Below are positions 28,892 through 39,679 of a stretch of 64,000 nucleotides of DNA, piece after piece; the first letter of the stretch is position 1, and each line of letters starts with the position of its first letter. Location: assembly GCA_963762255.1 (NCBI GenBank), contig CAVXKA010000002.1:544001-608000 (forward strand), in the 5' to 3' direction. The notes below the pieces were generated by a model. The model was given only the letters and a program-made list of their open reading frames with translations, did not search any database and was not told the DNA's origin. The DNA is from Candidatus Eiseniibacteriota bacterium. GTDB taxonomy: Bacteria > Eisenbacteria > RBG-16-71-46 > JABDJR01. A program made the position numbers and the translations under genes.

Positions 28892-29636
28892 ATGGTAGGA
28901 TCGGTGTTTTTCCATTGTCAATACAACCAACCCCGCTCGAAGGAGTTCCGCCTGCATCGCTTCGACCTCGATCCCAAGTCGCTGAGCCGCGAGGAGCCGA
29001 TGCCGATGGCCGGTCCCGCGGGCGTGCTTGAAGGCTTGTGGCGCCCCCATCGCGCCGATCGAGCGTCGCGCGGCGTCGTGGTTGTCGCCCATCCGCATCC
29101 CCTCTACGGAGGCACGATGCAGAACAAGGTCGTCTTCCACCTGGCGCGCGTGTTGGGGCACGACTTGGATCTGGCCGCCCTTCGGTTCAACTTTCGCGGC
29201 GTGGGCGCGAGCGAAGGACACCACGACGAAGGGCGCGGCGAGGTCGAGGATCTTCTCTCCGCCTGGTCCGCGGCGGAGGAGCGGGCGGGGACGGGACTCC
29301 TGGTGGCGGCGGGCTTTTCTTTCGGTGCGGCAATGACGCTCCTTGCCGCGACCGCGCGCGCTCAAGCCGGCGCGCGGATCCCCGACGCGCTGGCTCTGGC
29401 CGGTGTCCCCCTGCGCCTCTTCCCGGCGCGCGGAAGCCGTCCCCGAATCGCTCCCGCTCGCCGTCGTTCATGGCGAGCAGGATCAGTTCACCCCACCCGA
29501 AGACGTGGGGCGCTGGCTCGAAGACCGCTCCGGGCCCACCGCGTTCCATGTCGTGCGCGGGGCGGACCACTTCCTGGAGGGGCACCTCCCCGAGGCCACC
29601 CGGTTCTTGAGCGATAACTTGAGGAAGTGGCTGTAA
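28892..29636 (+). CDS. Alpha/beta hydrolase (+1 frameshift near 29425-29432; start could be ATG 29000)
   Basis: HPHPLYGGTM, RFNFRGVG, GFSFG; continues in the next frame as VHGEQD...GADHF. Confidence 0.85.
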
Positions 29637-29642
29637 CCCGCT

Positions 29643-30548
29643 CTAGGATCGTCCGTTGAACATGTTCTTGATGATGTGACCCGCCACCTCGGGGTTCTCC
29701 TTCAGACGGCGCAGCGAGTACGGATACCAGTGACTCCCGAAGGGAACGTAGACCCGCAGCCGGTGCCCCCGTTCGAGGATGCTGGCGCGCAGGCGCTCGG
29801 TGACCCCCAGCAGCATCTGGAACTCGTAGCGCGACGGATCGAGCTTCAAGTCGGCGATCAGCTTGTAGGCTCCCTCGACCAGCTCGTGATCGTGGGTGGC
29901 GATGCCGACGTAGGCCCCTCCGCGCAAGAGCGCGTCGAGCTGCTCCAGGAAACGCCGATTGATCTCGTCGTGTCCCTTGTAGGCGATCCGGGCGGGCTCG
30001 ATGTAGATGCCCTTGCACAGCCGGACGTTGGCCTTGCGTGCGGCCAGCGACTGGGCGTCGGCCAGAGTGCGCTTCAAGTACGACTGGATCACGCACCCCA
30101 CGTTGCCGGGAAACTCCTGGCGAACGCGCTCATAGACGGCCAGCGTGTCGTCGGTGCAGCTCGAGTCCTCCATGTCGATCCGCACGAAGTTCCCGTGCCG
30201 CGCCGCCTCCTCGACGATCCCCCGCACGATCTCGTGACACAGACCCAGATCGATCTTGAGCCCCATCTGGGTGAGCTTGAGCGAGACGTTGCTGTCGAGC
30301 TTCTCGCGCTCGATCGTCTGCAGGAGATTGTGGTACTGCGCTCCGCCTCGGCGGGCCTCTTCGGCCGTGCTCACGAACTCCCCGAGCACGTCCAGCGTGG
30401 TCATCATCCCCTGGCCGTTGAGAGCGCGCACGGCGGCGACCGCATCCTCGATGCGCTCCCCGGCCACGTAGCGCGCGCTCACCCGGCGGACGATCGGCTT
30501 GGGGACAACCGGCAGGGTCTGCGCGATCAAGCTATGAAACCAACTCAT
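29643..30548 (-). CDS. Monofunctional proline dehydrogenase
   Basis: TLDVLGE, RIDMEDS, VRLCKG, IATHD, EFQMLLG, YVPFG, RRLKEN. Confidence 0.93.
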   Translation of the reverse strand: MSWFHSLIAQTLPVVPKPIVRRVSARYVAGERIEDAVAAVRALNGQGMMTTLDVLGEFVSTAEEARRGGAQYHNLLQTIEREKLDSNVSLKLTQMGLKIDLGLCHEIVRGIVEEAARHGNFVRIDMEDSSCTDDTLAVYERVRQEFPGNVGCVIQSYLKRTLADAQSLAARKANVRLCKGIYIEPARIAYKGHDEINRRFLEQLDALLRGGAYVGIATHDHELVEGAYKLIADLKLDPSRYEFQMLLGVTERLRASILERGHRLRVYVPFGSHWYPYSLRRLKENPEVAGHIIKNMFNGRS

Positions 30549-30685
30549 CCTCCGCTCCCTCCTCCTCACCGGCACACGCGATCGGCCGCGGACCAGACGG
30601 CGGCGGCGCACGCGGGCGCCTGAATTCGCGGGCGAGTCTAGCACGGGGCGCGACCGGCGTCCCGCGCGCTCGATGAGCGGGCCGA

Positions 30686-31951
30686 TCAGCCGCGCAGGAT
30701 GAAGGGGAGGGTGGCGAAACCGGCGAGGAACATGACGCCGAGGGAGATGCCGAGCGGCTTGCGGATGCCTCGATCGCCCAGGGTGAAACCGATCACCGCC
30801 TTCGCGACCGTATTCGAGAGCGCCGCGAAGAGGATGGCGGTGCCGGCTACGGCGGGGTCCATGCTCTCTCTCGCGAGCTTGGCCACGCTGAGCGTGATCG
30901 CGTCTACCTGGGTGAGACCGGAGATAGCGCCCACCAGCTCGGCGCCGCCCGCCGGAAAGAGATGAATGCTGGCCTTGACCACGAACAACACGACCGCGTA
31001 CGCGGCGCCGAACGCGATCACGGTGGGGAGCCGGAACGGGTTGCGTATGGAGAGCCCGTTCGCTCTTTCCGGCGCGTGGCGGGAGCCCAGCCAGAGCCAG
31101 AACGAGACCGCGACCCCCGAGACTCCGATCGCGGTGAGCGGGAGCCACAGCACCCGGAAGAGCGAGGGGTTCGCCACTCCCACCAGGGCGGCGATGCGCG
31201 CCGCCATGACCGTGGAGGCCACCACGATCGCCAGCGCGCAGCTCCTCGAGAACTCCGGGCTCTCCTTGCTGCGCCGGCTGAAGGAAACCGCCACCGCGGT
31301 GGATGACGCCAGCCCGCCGAGAAGCCCGCTGGCCGCGATGCCGCGGTGGGGTCCGAGCAGCTTCAGGGCCACGTAGCCGAGGAAGGACACCCCCGAGATG
31401 AGCACGACCATGAGCCAGATGTTGTACGGGTTGAGCGCGGCGAACGGTCCGTAGCTGCGGTTAGGGAGGATGGGCAGCACCACGAACATGATCACCGCGA
31501 ACTTGATCGTGGTGTAGATGTCCTCGGTGGTCAGGCGCTCCACTCCGCGCACGAGCGCCGGCTTGGCGGAGAGGAGCGCTGCGATCGTCACCCCCAGCGC
31601 CACTGCGACCTCGGTCTCCCCCGCGCTCACCAGACACCCGAGCAGGAACGTGAGCAGCGCCGCGACCTCGGTGGTCATGCCGCGGTCGGCGGCCTCGGCG
31701 GAAGCGTGGAAGTAGATCACGGCGAGGAGCACGATCAACGCACCGAACGCCACGGGCAGGATGACCGGGTCGACGTTGCGGGAGAGCCAGGTGGACAGGT
31801 TGCCGAGGACCGCGAAGAACATGAAGGTACGCAGTCCGGCGAAGCCCATCTCGCGCTTCAACCGGTGGCTGTACTCGCGCTCCAAACCGATCAACGCCCC
31901 GATGAGGGCGGAGATCGCAAGCGAGGTGAGCAAAGCGAGTTGATCGTTCAT
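30686..31951 (-). CDS. MgtC/SapB family membrane protein with DUF4010
   Basis: IGLERE, AGLRTF, GMTTE, GGLASSTA, VDAIT. Confidence 0.88.
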   Translation of the reverse strand: MNDQLALLTSLAISALIGALIGLEREYSHRLKREMGFAGLRTFMFFAVLGNLSTWLSRNVDPVILPVAFGALIVLLAVIYFHASAEAADRGMTTEVAALLTFLLGCLVSAGETEVAVALGVTIAALLSAKPALVRGVERLTTEDIYTTIKFAVIMFVVLPILPNRSYGPFAALNPYNIWLMVVLISGVSFLGYVALKLLGPHRGIAASGLLGGLASSTAVAVSFSRRSKESPEFSRSCALAIVVASTVMAARIAALVGVANPSLFRVLWLPLTAIGVSGVAVSFWLWLGSRHAPERANGLSIRNPFRLPTVIAFGAAYAVVLFVVKASIHLFPAGGAELVGAISGLTQVDAITLSVAKLARESMDPAVAGTAILFAALSNTVAKAVIGFTLGDRGIRKPLGISLGVMFLAGFATLPFILRG

Positions 31952-32027
31952 CCTGGAATCCTATCGCACCGACTCGACGTGTATCGCCCTCTTTCCCGTG
32001 CGCCGGCACGGAATAGGGCCCCTGGAG

Positions 32028-34094
32028 TTATCGGAGGGGAGCGCCCACGACCTGAGTCACCGCGGCGAGGTCCTCGACCCGGGTGACCGGCCGCGCACAG
32101 GAACGCTCGCGGCAGACATGCGCAGCCGCGCCCTCGGCGGGGGCCTCCATCGCCGCCGCGTAGGGCAGGAGCGCGGCGAGGGGATCCGGATCGGGGCGGC
32201 GCCAGGCGAAGACGGTGCGGGGCAGATGGCTCGTCTGGAGGAAGCGAAGCATGGCCGTCGCGGTCTCGTCCCCCTCCCGTCCGGCGACCACTACTTCCGT
32301 GGTTGGCCCCAGCGCGAAGTCGAGCGCGCAGAGCGCTTCCGTGTAGGCCGTCGGGTACGCGTCGATCGTCCCGCCGAAGCTCTCCAGCGCCCGCTCCCCC
32401 GCCCGCGTGAACGTCGCATCGCCGGTCAGCGCGCCGAGTCTGAGGAGAAGCCCGATCGCGACCGAGTTTCCCGAGGGCGCCGCGCCGTCGTAAAGCTGCT
32501 TCTCGCGGGTCATGAGCGCTTCATGGTGCGCGGCGGTGAAGTGAAACCCGCCACCGGCGGCATCCTCGAAGAGCCGCATCAGGTCGCGAGCCAGGTAACA
32601 GGCGGTGCCCAGCCGCGCGGGGTCGAGGGTCGCCTCGTAGAGATCGAAGAGACCCGCCGCCATGAACGCGTAATCGTCGAGGAACGCCGGGATATCGGAG
32701 GAGCCGTCGCGGTAGCGGTGGAGCAGCCCTCGCTGGTCGGCCATCGTCCCCAGCACGAAATCCGCCGCCGCTTGCGCCGCGCGCAGGTATTCCCCTTCGC
32801 CGAGCACGCGCGCGCCCAGGGCGAGCGCCGAGATCATGAGTCCGTTCCAGTCGGCCAGCACCTTGTCGTCGCGGTGCGGGCGCACCCGCTTCTCCCGCGC
32901 CGCGAACAGCGTGCTGCGTGCTTCGGCAAGGCGGGCCCGCGCGACGCTCTCCTCGATTCCAAACGACGCGGCGAGGGACGCGTCGTCGGCCACGCGGGAG
33001 AGGACCGTCCTCCCTCCCTCGAAGTTGCCGCGGAGCGTGACCCCGTAGGCGGCGGCGAAGAGCGGGTACGCCTCGGCGCCCAGAAGCTCCTGCACCTCGT
33101 CGGGGAGCCAGACGTAGAACTTCCCCTCCTCCCCCTCGCTGTCCGCATCCTCGGCGGAGAGGAACGCCCCTTCGGGCCCGCGCAGATCGCGCAGCACGTA
33201 GGCAAAGATGTCGCGCGCGACGTCGGCGTGACGCTCGCGGCGCGTGACCTGATACGCCTCCAGATAGGCGCGGGCCAGGAGCGCCTGGTCGTAGAGCATC
33301 TTCTCGAAATGCGGCACGAGCCACCGCGCGTCGGTGGAGTAGCGCGCGAATCCCCCGCCGAGGTGATCGTGAATGCCCCCCGCCGCCATCGCGTCGAGCT
33401 GGTGCTCGACCAGGCGGAGCGGCTCCGTGCCGTGCACGCGATCGTTCAGGCGCAGCAGGAAGGAGAGCGCGTGCGGACGCGGGAACTTCGGCGCGCCGCC
33501 GAAACCGCCGTTCGCTTCATCGTAGTCGGCGCGCAACATCTGCCAACCCTTGTGAAGGGTGCTCGGCCCCAGCTTGGCCGGGTTCGCCGGAACGTGGCTT
33601 CGCACGAACTCAGCCACCGTTTGTGCTGAGTACTCGACCTGCTCGCGCGACGTGCTCCAGGCCTCGTGAAGCTGCAAGAGGATCGAGTGCAGCCCGGGCC
33701 GACCGAGACGCTCCCTGGGCGGGAAGTAGGTTCCGCCGAAGAAGGGTTTCAACTCCGGGGTGAGGACCACGGTGAGCGGCCAGCCGCCGCTCCCCGCCAG
33801 CCCCTGCACCGCGGTCATGTACTGCCCGTCCACGTCGGGGCGCTCCTCGCGGTCCACCTTCACCGGCACGAACCGTTCGTTCAGGATCGCGGCGATCTCC
33901 GCGTTCTCGAACGACTCTCGCTCCATGACGTGGCACCAGTGGCAGGTGCTGTAGCCGATGGACAGGAAGATCGGCTTGTCCTCGGTGCGCGCCTTGGTGA
34001 AGGCCTCGTCCCCCCAGGGGTACCAGTCCACGGGATTGTGGGCGTGCTGCAGCAGGTACGGGCTCTTCTCGCCGGCCAGGCGGTTCGCGGACAT
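32028..34094 (-). CDS. Thioredoxin domain-containing protein (YyaL/SSP411 family)
   Basis: [36 protein letters not shown]. Confidence 0.93.
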   Translation of the reverse strand: MSANRLAGEKSPYLLQHAHNPVDWYPWGDEAFTKARTEDKPIFLSIGYSTCHWCHVMERESFENAEIAAILNERFVPVKVDREERPDVDGQYMTAVQGLAGSGGWPLTVVLTPELKPFFGGTYFPPRERLGRPGLHSILLQLHEAWSTSREQVEYSAQTVAEFVRSHVPANPAKLGPSTLHKGWQMLRADYDEANGGFGGAPKFPRPHALSFLLRLNDRVHGTEPLRLVEHQLDAMAAGGIHDHLGGGFARYSTDARWLVPHFEKMLYDQALLARAYLEAYQVTRRERHADVARDIFAYVLRDLRGPEGAFLSAEDADSEGEEGKFYVWLPDEVQELLGAEAYPLFAAAYGVTLRGNFEGGRTVLSRVADDASLAASFGIEESVARARLAEARSTLFAAREKRVRPHRDDKVLADWNGLMISALALGARVLGEGEYLRAAQAAADFVLGTMADQRGLLHRYRDGSSDIPAFLDDYAFMAAGLFDLYEATLDPARLGTACYLARDLMRLFEDAAGGGFHFTAAHHEALMTREKQLYDGAAPSGNSVAIGLLLRLGALTGDATFTRAGERALESFGGTIDAYPTAYTEALCALDFALGPTTEVVVAGREGDETATAMLRFLQTSHLPRTVFAWRRPDPDPLAALLPYAAAMEAPAEGAAAHVCRERSCARPVTRVEDLAAVTQVVGAPLR

Positions 34095-34223
34095 CGGGAC
34101 TCCTCCGGGCGCTTCGCGCCCGCGCGGCCCGCCAGGCGGTCGTGCCCGGGGCCGCGAACGGGTGAGCCTACTCCATCCCCGGGGCGGACGCGAACGCGCG
34201 ACTTCGGGTAACCTCTCCGGGCC

Positions 34224-34979
34224 ATGAACCCCGATCTGATCCGACTCGTGCTCGTGCGCCCCGAAGAAGCCGGCAACATCGGCGCCGCGGCACGGGTGGC
34301 CAAGAACTTCGGTCTCTCTCATCTGGTGCTCGTCGCTCCGCGCACGCCGCGTCCCGAGGACGCCGTGAAGTGGGCTCACGGCGCCGAGGACGTGCTGGAA
34401 GGGGCCGATCACTGCGCGGACCTCGCCGAGGCTCTGCGGGGCTGCACCAGCGCGTACGCGCTGACTCGTCGCCGCGGCAGACTCCGAGGCCGGTTTCAGA
34501 GCCCGCACGATGCGGCGCAGGAGAGCGCCGCGCGGGCCCGGGCGGGGCAACCGGTGGCGTGGGTGTTCGGTCCGGAGTCCCGAGGCCTCACTACCGACGA
34601 GGCCTCGTTGTGTTCGGCGCGAGTCACCATCCCCACGTCACCGTTGCAGCCGTCGCTCAACCTCGCCCAGGCGGTCGCGGTGTGCGCGTATGAGATCGGG
34701 TCGGCGCTCCTCGCCGAGACCCCGGCCGCGCCCCGGCGCGAGGCGGCCTGGGAGGAGCGCGAGGCTCTCTACCGGCATCTGGAAGCCGCGCTCCTGGCCA
34801 TCCGGTTCCTGCACCCGCACACCGCGCGTGCCCGCATGGCCGCCTTGCGTGCGCTCATGGAGCGCGCGGGGCTCACGTCGCGCGAGGCGAGGCTGGTGCG
34901 TGGGATGGCACGACAGATGGAGTGGGCGGCGGGGGCGAAGGGCGAACCTGTGAAGAAGCGGGAGACGAGCGCGCGCTAG
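34224..34979 (+). CDS. TrmJ/LasT family SPOUT RNA methyltransferase
   Basis: [29 protein letters not shown]. Confidence 0.88.
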   Translation: MNPDLIRLVLVRPEEAGNIGAAARVAKNFGLSHLVLVAPRTPRPEDAVKWAHGAEDVLEGADHCADLAEALRGCTSAYALTRRRGRLRGRFQSPHDAAQESAARARAGQPVAWVFGPESRGLTTDEASLCSARVTIPTSPLQPSLNLAQAVAVCAYEIGSALLAETPAAPRREAAWEEREALYRHLEAALLAIRFLHPHTARARMAALRALMERAGLTSREARLVRGMARQMEWAAGAKGEPVKKRETSAR

Positions 34980-34983
34980 CGGC

Positions 34984-35875
34984 TCAGGCCGCTCGGCGGG
35001 TCTCGTCCAGCGCGATCGGCACGGGGACCACGGACGGATGCGCTGCGCGCATGCGGCGACGCACGCGGCGCACGAGACGCAGGACACGCTCGCCGTCGCG
35101 GGCCTTGGCCGCCACGATGCCGGCATGTTCCGCGAGGATGCAGAGCACCCGCAGGTCGTCCTCGTTGTAGCGTACGCGCAGGCTGCGCGTACTCACGTTG
35201 AGGACCCCCACGACGCGGTTGCGCACGACGATCGGCGCGACCATCGCGTACTGGACCGGCCGCTTCTTGACCCGGAACCCCGGGAACTGCTTGATGTCGA
35301 TGTCCGGGCCGAGGATGAGTGGGATGCGGGTGAGCGCCACCTTGCCGGAGACGCTCTGGCCGATGGGAACGCGGGCGTTGCGAACGACCGAGGGCTCGCG
35401 ATGGCCGGCGAATGAGGTCACCACAAGATCGCCGGTGGGGCGATCGATCATCATCAGGCTCGCCTCATCCGACTCGAAGCAGTTGAGGCAGGAATCGACG
35501 ATGACCTGACCGAGGTCGGCGCTCGACGCTCCCGATCCGATCGCGCGGCTGACGTTGAGAAGCGAAACCAGGTGATCGATCGGGCGCGCACTCAACGACG
35601 GCGCGGCGTCGACTGCGGACTCGGGCCGTCGCTCCGGTGCGCGGTGGCGCGCGAGCAGAATCAGGGAGAGCGCGACCCCCGTGAGCAGCGAAGGCCATCA
35701 GCCCGCCCAGGAGATAGACGTTGGCGTGGGCCGGCCAGATGAGGAACAGGAGGCCGGTCATCGCACAGTAGATCGCCGCCACGCCGGCAAGGAGCGCCAG
35801 CGTGGGGTCTCCCGGGGACTTCATGCGATGCGGATCCCGGATCTCGGGGCCGATCCGCGTGGGCTCGTAGTTCAT
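34984..35875 (-). CDS. Two-TM membrane protein with a GAF domain (+1 frameshift near 35688)
   Basis: TM ORF from 35875 joins via one extra base to LLTGVALSLILL...SARPID; GAF motifs GQSVSGKVA, APIVVRNRVVGVLNV. Confidence 0.7.
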
Positions 35876-35889
35876 GGTGATGTGGTTAG

Positions 35890-35916
35890 GTATCGGCCGG
35901 TTGCGGTCGCAGTTGA
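35890..35916 (-). promoter_or_regulatory. Sigma-28 (FliA/WhiG)-like promoter
   Basis: TCAA-15 nt-GCCGATAC, 14 nt upstream of ATG 35875. Confidence 0.5.
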
Positions 35917-36061
35917 GCGAGCTTCGCCCCGCGAGGGGTTATGCCACCGGGGCAAACCCTGTATCATCCCCCGGCCTCGCCCGCGGCCGTCCCCGAGGGG
36001 ACGCCCTTGGTCGCCCATCACGTTTGATTACGGGAGCTTACCGCCCTTGCCGTTGCGCGCC

Positions 36062-36823
36062 GTGGACACCCGCATCCGCCACTTTGTCGGCGAAGTCCAG
36101 GACTTCACGCGACTGCTCGGAGCGGGGTGGTCGGGCCTGCGCGACGCCTGGCACTACCGGCGGCAGATCGGGGAGGCGATGATCGCGTTCGGCGCGTCGG
36201 CCACCCCGCTCGTCTTGCTCTCCGCGCTCTTCATCGGGCTCGTACTCTCCCTCGAATGGGGCACCAAGCTGGAGCCGTTCGGGGCCAAGGCGCTCATGGG
36301 GCGCATCGTCTCCATCGGCGTCGTCCGCGAGATCGGTCCGGTGGTGACCGGGCTCATGGTGGCGGGTCGCACCGGGGCGAAGATGGCCGCGGAGATCGGC
36401 TCGATGCAGGTCACCGAGCAGCTCAGTGCACTCCGCGCGCTGGGCGTGGACCCGGTCAACCGCCTGGTCATGCCCCGTCAGGTGGCGAGCATGGTGACGA
36501 TGCTCCCCCTCACCGTCATGGCGGATGCGATCGCCATCCTGGGCGGGTGGTACGTGGCGACGACCTGGCTCAATACGCCGGGACAACTCTTCTGGTCGGA
36601 GGCGCTGGAGAGCCTCACGTTCAAGGACCTGGCGGTGGGCTTCTTCAAACCGGTCTTCTTCGGGTACATCATCGCCTCGATCAGCGCCTACTACGGGATG
36701 GCCACGCGCGGCGGATCGAGCGGCGTGGGCAAGAACGCCACCCGCGCGGTGATGCTGAGCTCCCTCGCCGTGCTCGTCGTCGACTTCATCCTCGGCAAGC
36801 TGATTCTTGCCATCTTCGGGTAA
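36062..36823 (+). CDS. mlaE: MlaE family ABC transporter permease
   Basis: REIGPVVTGL..AGRTG, EIGSM..TEQ..AL..LGVDP; start approximate. Confidence 0.9.
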   Translation: MDTRIRHFVGEVQDFTRLLGAGWSGLRDAWHYRRQIGEAMIAFGASATPLVLLSALFIGLVLSLEWGTKLEPFGAKALMGRIVSIGVVREIGPVVTGLMVAGRTGAKMAAEIGSMQVTEQLSALRALGVDPVNRLVMPRQVASMVTMLPLTVMADAIAILGGWYVATTWLNTPGQLFWSEALESLTFKDLAVGFFKPVFFGYIIASISAYYGMATRGGSSGVGKNATRAVMLSSLAVLVVDFILGKLILAIFG

Positions 36824-36828
36824 CCGCC

Positions 36829-37614
36829 ATGCACGATGAAGCCTGCAACAACGATCCGGAGCGACCGGGCGCACAGAGCCCGTACGCGCTGGAACTCGAG
36901 AACGTCACGCTCTCCTTCGACCGGAAGCCGGTGCTCAAGAACCTCACCCTGCGCGTGGCCCGCGGAGAGACACGCGTCATCCTGGGGCGAAGCGGCGCCG
37001 GCAAGAGCACGATCCTGAAGCTCGCTCTCGGGCTCCTGCGACCCAGCTCGGGCCGCGTGAAGGTCTTCGGTATCGATATCACCGGCAAGAAAGAGCGCGA
37101 GCTGACCGACATCCGCCACCGCATGGGGATGGTCTTCCAGGGAGGAGCGCTCTTCGATTCGTTGAGCGTCGCCGAGAACGTCGGGTTCTGCCTGCTCGAG
37201 CGCCATCACGTCCCCATGCAGAGGGCGGAGCCGATCATCCGGGAACGTCTTCATTACGTGGGGCTGGAGGAGGCCTTCCATCTCATGCCGTCGGAGCTCT
37301 CGGGAGGCATGATCAAGCGCGTGGCGGTGGCTCGCGCCACCGTGTGCCACCCGGAGCTGATGCTCTACGACGAGGCCACCGGGGGGCTCGACCCGATCTC
37401 CACCCGTCGCATGAACCGGCTCATCAACCGTCTGCGCGACGACTTGCACGTCACCTCGGTGGTCGTCACGCACATCCTTCGCGACGCCCGCACGGTGGCG
37501 GATACCATCACCATGATCCACGAGGGGCAGACCATCTTCGAGGGAACCTCCGCCCAGATCGTGGCGTCCACCGACCCCTTCGTGCGAGACTTCATCTCCG
37601 AGAGAGGGACCTGA
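36829..37614 (+). CDS. mlaF: MlaF/Mkl family ABC ATP-binding protein
   Basis: GRSGAGKS, FQGGALFDSL, LSGGM, LYDE. Confidence 0.9.
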   Translation: MHDEACNNDPERPGAQSPYALELENVTLSFDRKPVLKNLTLRVARGETRVILGRSGAGKSTILKLALGLLRPSSGRVKVFGIDITGKKERELTDIRHRMGMVFQGGALFDSLSVAENVGFCLLERHHVPMQRAEPIIRERLHYVGLEEAFHLMPSELSGGMIKRVAVARATVCHPELMLYDEATGGLDPISTRRMNRLINRLRDDLHVTSVVVTHILRDARTVADTITMIHEGQTIFEGTSAQIVASTDPFVRDFISERGT

Positions 37615-37620
37615 TCCGTC

Positions 37621-38583
37621 ATGAATGACAGCTACGTCCAGCCCTGGCGCGATCTCCGGCTTGGCGTCTTTTTCATCGTCTCGACCGTGGTGCTGGTCGG
37701 ATTCCTCCTCGTGGTGGGAACCAACCGCCGCATCTTCGAGCGCGCGTACGAACTCCGGCTCTATCTCTCCAACGCGCAGGGCCTCTCCGAGGGCTCAATG
37801 GTCAGCCTCTCCGGCCTCGAGATCGGCCGCGTCACCGAACTCTCCTTCGTTCGGCAGGACACCGCGCAGGTGCTCCAGGTCGACATGACGCTCAGTCGCA
37901 AGTACCACGAGCAGATCACCAAGTCGTCGGTGGCCACCATCCGCACGCTGGGGGTGCTCGGCGACAAGTTCGTGGACATCAGCCTGGGGAACCCCTCCGA
38001 GCCGCCGCTTCCCGAAAAGAGCGCGCTCCCGGTGGCCGGCGAGATTGATTGGGCCGCCACCTTTCAACGCGCGATCAAGATGATGGATGACGTGCAGGTC
38101 TTTCTCCAGAACGCCGACGAAACCATGTCGGCGCTTAATCGCGGCGAGGGCACGCTTGGCATGCTCCTCAAGGATGAGGAGGCGGCCGATCGACTGCGCG
38201 AGACCGTGGCCAACCTCTCCGCCGTCACCAGCGAGCTACGCTCGGGCGACGGCACCGCGGCCCGGCTCCTCTCCGATCCCGCGACCTTCGACAAGCTCGA
38301 CGGCATCCTCACGCGCCTCGACAACCTCACCGCCGCGGCGGACACCGGCAACGGTGCGCTGGCCCGCCTCTTGAGCGACGAGGAACTCGGGGAGCGGCTG
38401 GGGAGCTTCATCGCCGGCTCGGACAGCCTGGTCGCGGCGGTGCGCACCGGCGGCACGACTGGGAAGCTCCTGGAGGACGAGCATCTCTATGAGGACATGA
38501 CTCGGGCGCTCGCCGAGTTGAAGGCGCTCCTCGAGGACATCCGCCTGAACCCGCGGCGCTATTTCAAGGTCTCGGTGTTCTAG
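37621..38583 (+). CDS. mlaD: MlaD/MCE family protein
   Basis: N-terminal TM, GL..GS.V..SG..IG.V MCE motif, GVLGDKFV, helical GTxGxL repeats. Confidence 0.88.
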   Translation: MNDSYVQPWRDLRLGVFFIVSTVVLVGFLLVVGTNRRIFERAYELRLYLSNAQGLSEGSMVSLSGLEIGRVTELSFVRQDTAQVLQVDMTLSRKYHEQITKSSVATIRTLGVLGDKFVDISLGNPSEPPLPEKSALPVAGEIDWAATFQRAIKMMDDVQVFLQNADETMSALNRGEGTLGMLLKDEEAADRLRETVANLSAVTSELRSGDGTAARLLSDPATFDKLDGILTRLDNLTAAADTGNGALARLLSDEELGERLGSFIAGSDSLVAAVRTGGTTGKLLEDEHLYEDMTRALAELKALLEDIRLNPRRYFKVSVF

Positions 38584-38768
38584 CCGGACCACGGGCGTGG
38601 CCGCCAGAGGCCCGTGTGTGCGCCGCTTCGCGCATTCGGTTCGGCTGATTTCAACCACACAGTAGTCGCGAGAGATCGAGCGCGCGTTCTCCTCAAGCCT
38701 AGCGAGGTTGCGCTCGATATATGGGCAGGAGCGGCAGCCGCTCCAGAACTCCAACGAGAGACGGCCCC

Positions 38769-39191
38769 ATGCCCATGGCCTCGCGACACCATCGACCGCA
38801 GACCGCCGCGCTCAACCTGAGCGGCGCCTGGACCCTCATCGGCCCCGGCAGCCTCGTGCGCGGCGAACTCCTCCTGACCGGCGACGTGCTCCTGCATGGT
38901 CGCCTGGAAGGCACCCTCTTCACCGACGGCGAAGTGCGGGTGACGGCGAGCGGTTCCGTGGACGGCGGCGTGCACGCGGTGAAGATCGTCGTGGAGGGAT
39001 CCTGCCGAGGCCGCCTCGAAGCGACTCAGGAAGTGATCCTGCGCCCGGGCTCGCTGGTGCAGGCCGATATCGACGCCGGGCTCCTCACCATCGACGACGG
39101 CGCGCGCTTCGCGGGCGACTTGAGCCTCGGCGAGGGGCGGCCCCAGCCCAGGGTCGTATCCGGCGCCCTCGACAGCCCCGGCCGCGCGTAG
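38769..39191 (+). CDS. Bactofilin (polymer-forming cytoskeletal protein)
   Basis: TLIGPGS.V.G.L...G.V...G.. beta-helix repeats, IDDGARFAG. Confidence 0.85.
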   Translation: MPMASRHHRPQTAALNLSGAWTLIGPGSLVRGELLLTGDVLLHGRLEGTLFTDGEVRVTASGSVDGGVHAVKIVVEGSCRGRLEATQEVILRPGSLVQADIDAGLLTIDDGARFAGDLSLGEGRPQPRVVSGALDSPGRA

Positions 39192-39301
39192 AGACACGCA
39201 GCGCCCCCACCCCTCTCAACCCGCCCCGGCCCCACGGTGCGTGCCCCATTGGCCAATCTCTCCGGAAGCCTGTATCGTAGGTGGGCTCTCCGGAGGATTC
39301 G

Positions 39302-39646
39302 ATGGCGCTCAAACGCATTCCCATTCCAACCCGCATCGCGTTGGACGACGACGGCGCCCGAATCGTGCTGACCTGGGAAGATGGCACGGTCTCGGAATTC
39401 CGCGCGTTCGATCTGCGCGCCGGGTGCCCCTGTGCGGGATGCGTGGACGAGTTGACCGGCATCCGCACCCTGCGCGTCGAGAGCGTTGACCCCACGGTGA
39501 AGGCGGTGACCTCCGGACGAGTCGGGCGCTACGCGGTGGCGTTTCGATGGAGCGACGGCCACTCGAGCGGGATCTACACCTATGAGAGCCTTCGCGCCGG
39601 CCGTTTCGGGCCGGCCACGCAAGCGGATGAAGACCCACGCGCCTGA
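39302..39646 (+). CDS. DUF971 / GBBH-like N-terminal domain protein
   Basis: W.DG, LRAGCPCAGC, VGRYA..F.WSDGH..GIY. Confidence 0.88.
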   Translation: MALKRIPIPTRIALDDDGARIVLTWEDGTVSEFRAFDLRAGCPCAGCVDELTGIRTLRVESVDPTVKAVTSGRVGRYAVAFRWSDGHSSGIYTYESLRAGRFGPATQADEDPRA

Positions 39647-39679
39647 TCGGGCGCGAACGAGCGAAAGGATCGCGGGACG

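Noticed and set aside
35930-35946. Possible sigma-54 site TGGCAT...GC upstream of the GAF gene
   Set aside because: GG-to-GC spacing is one base too long
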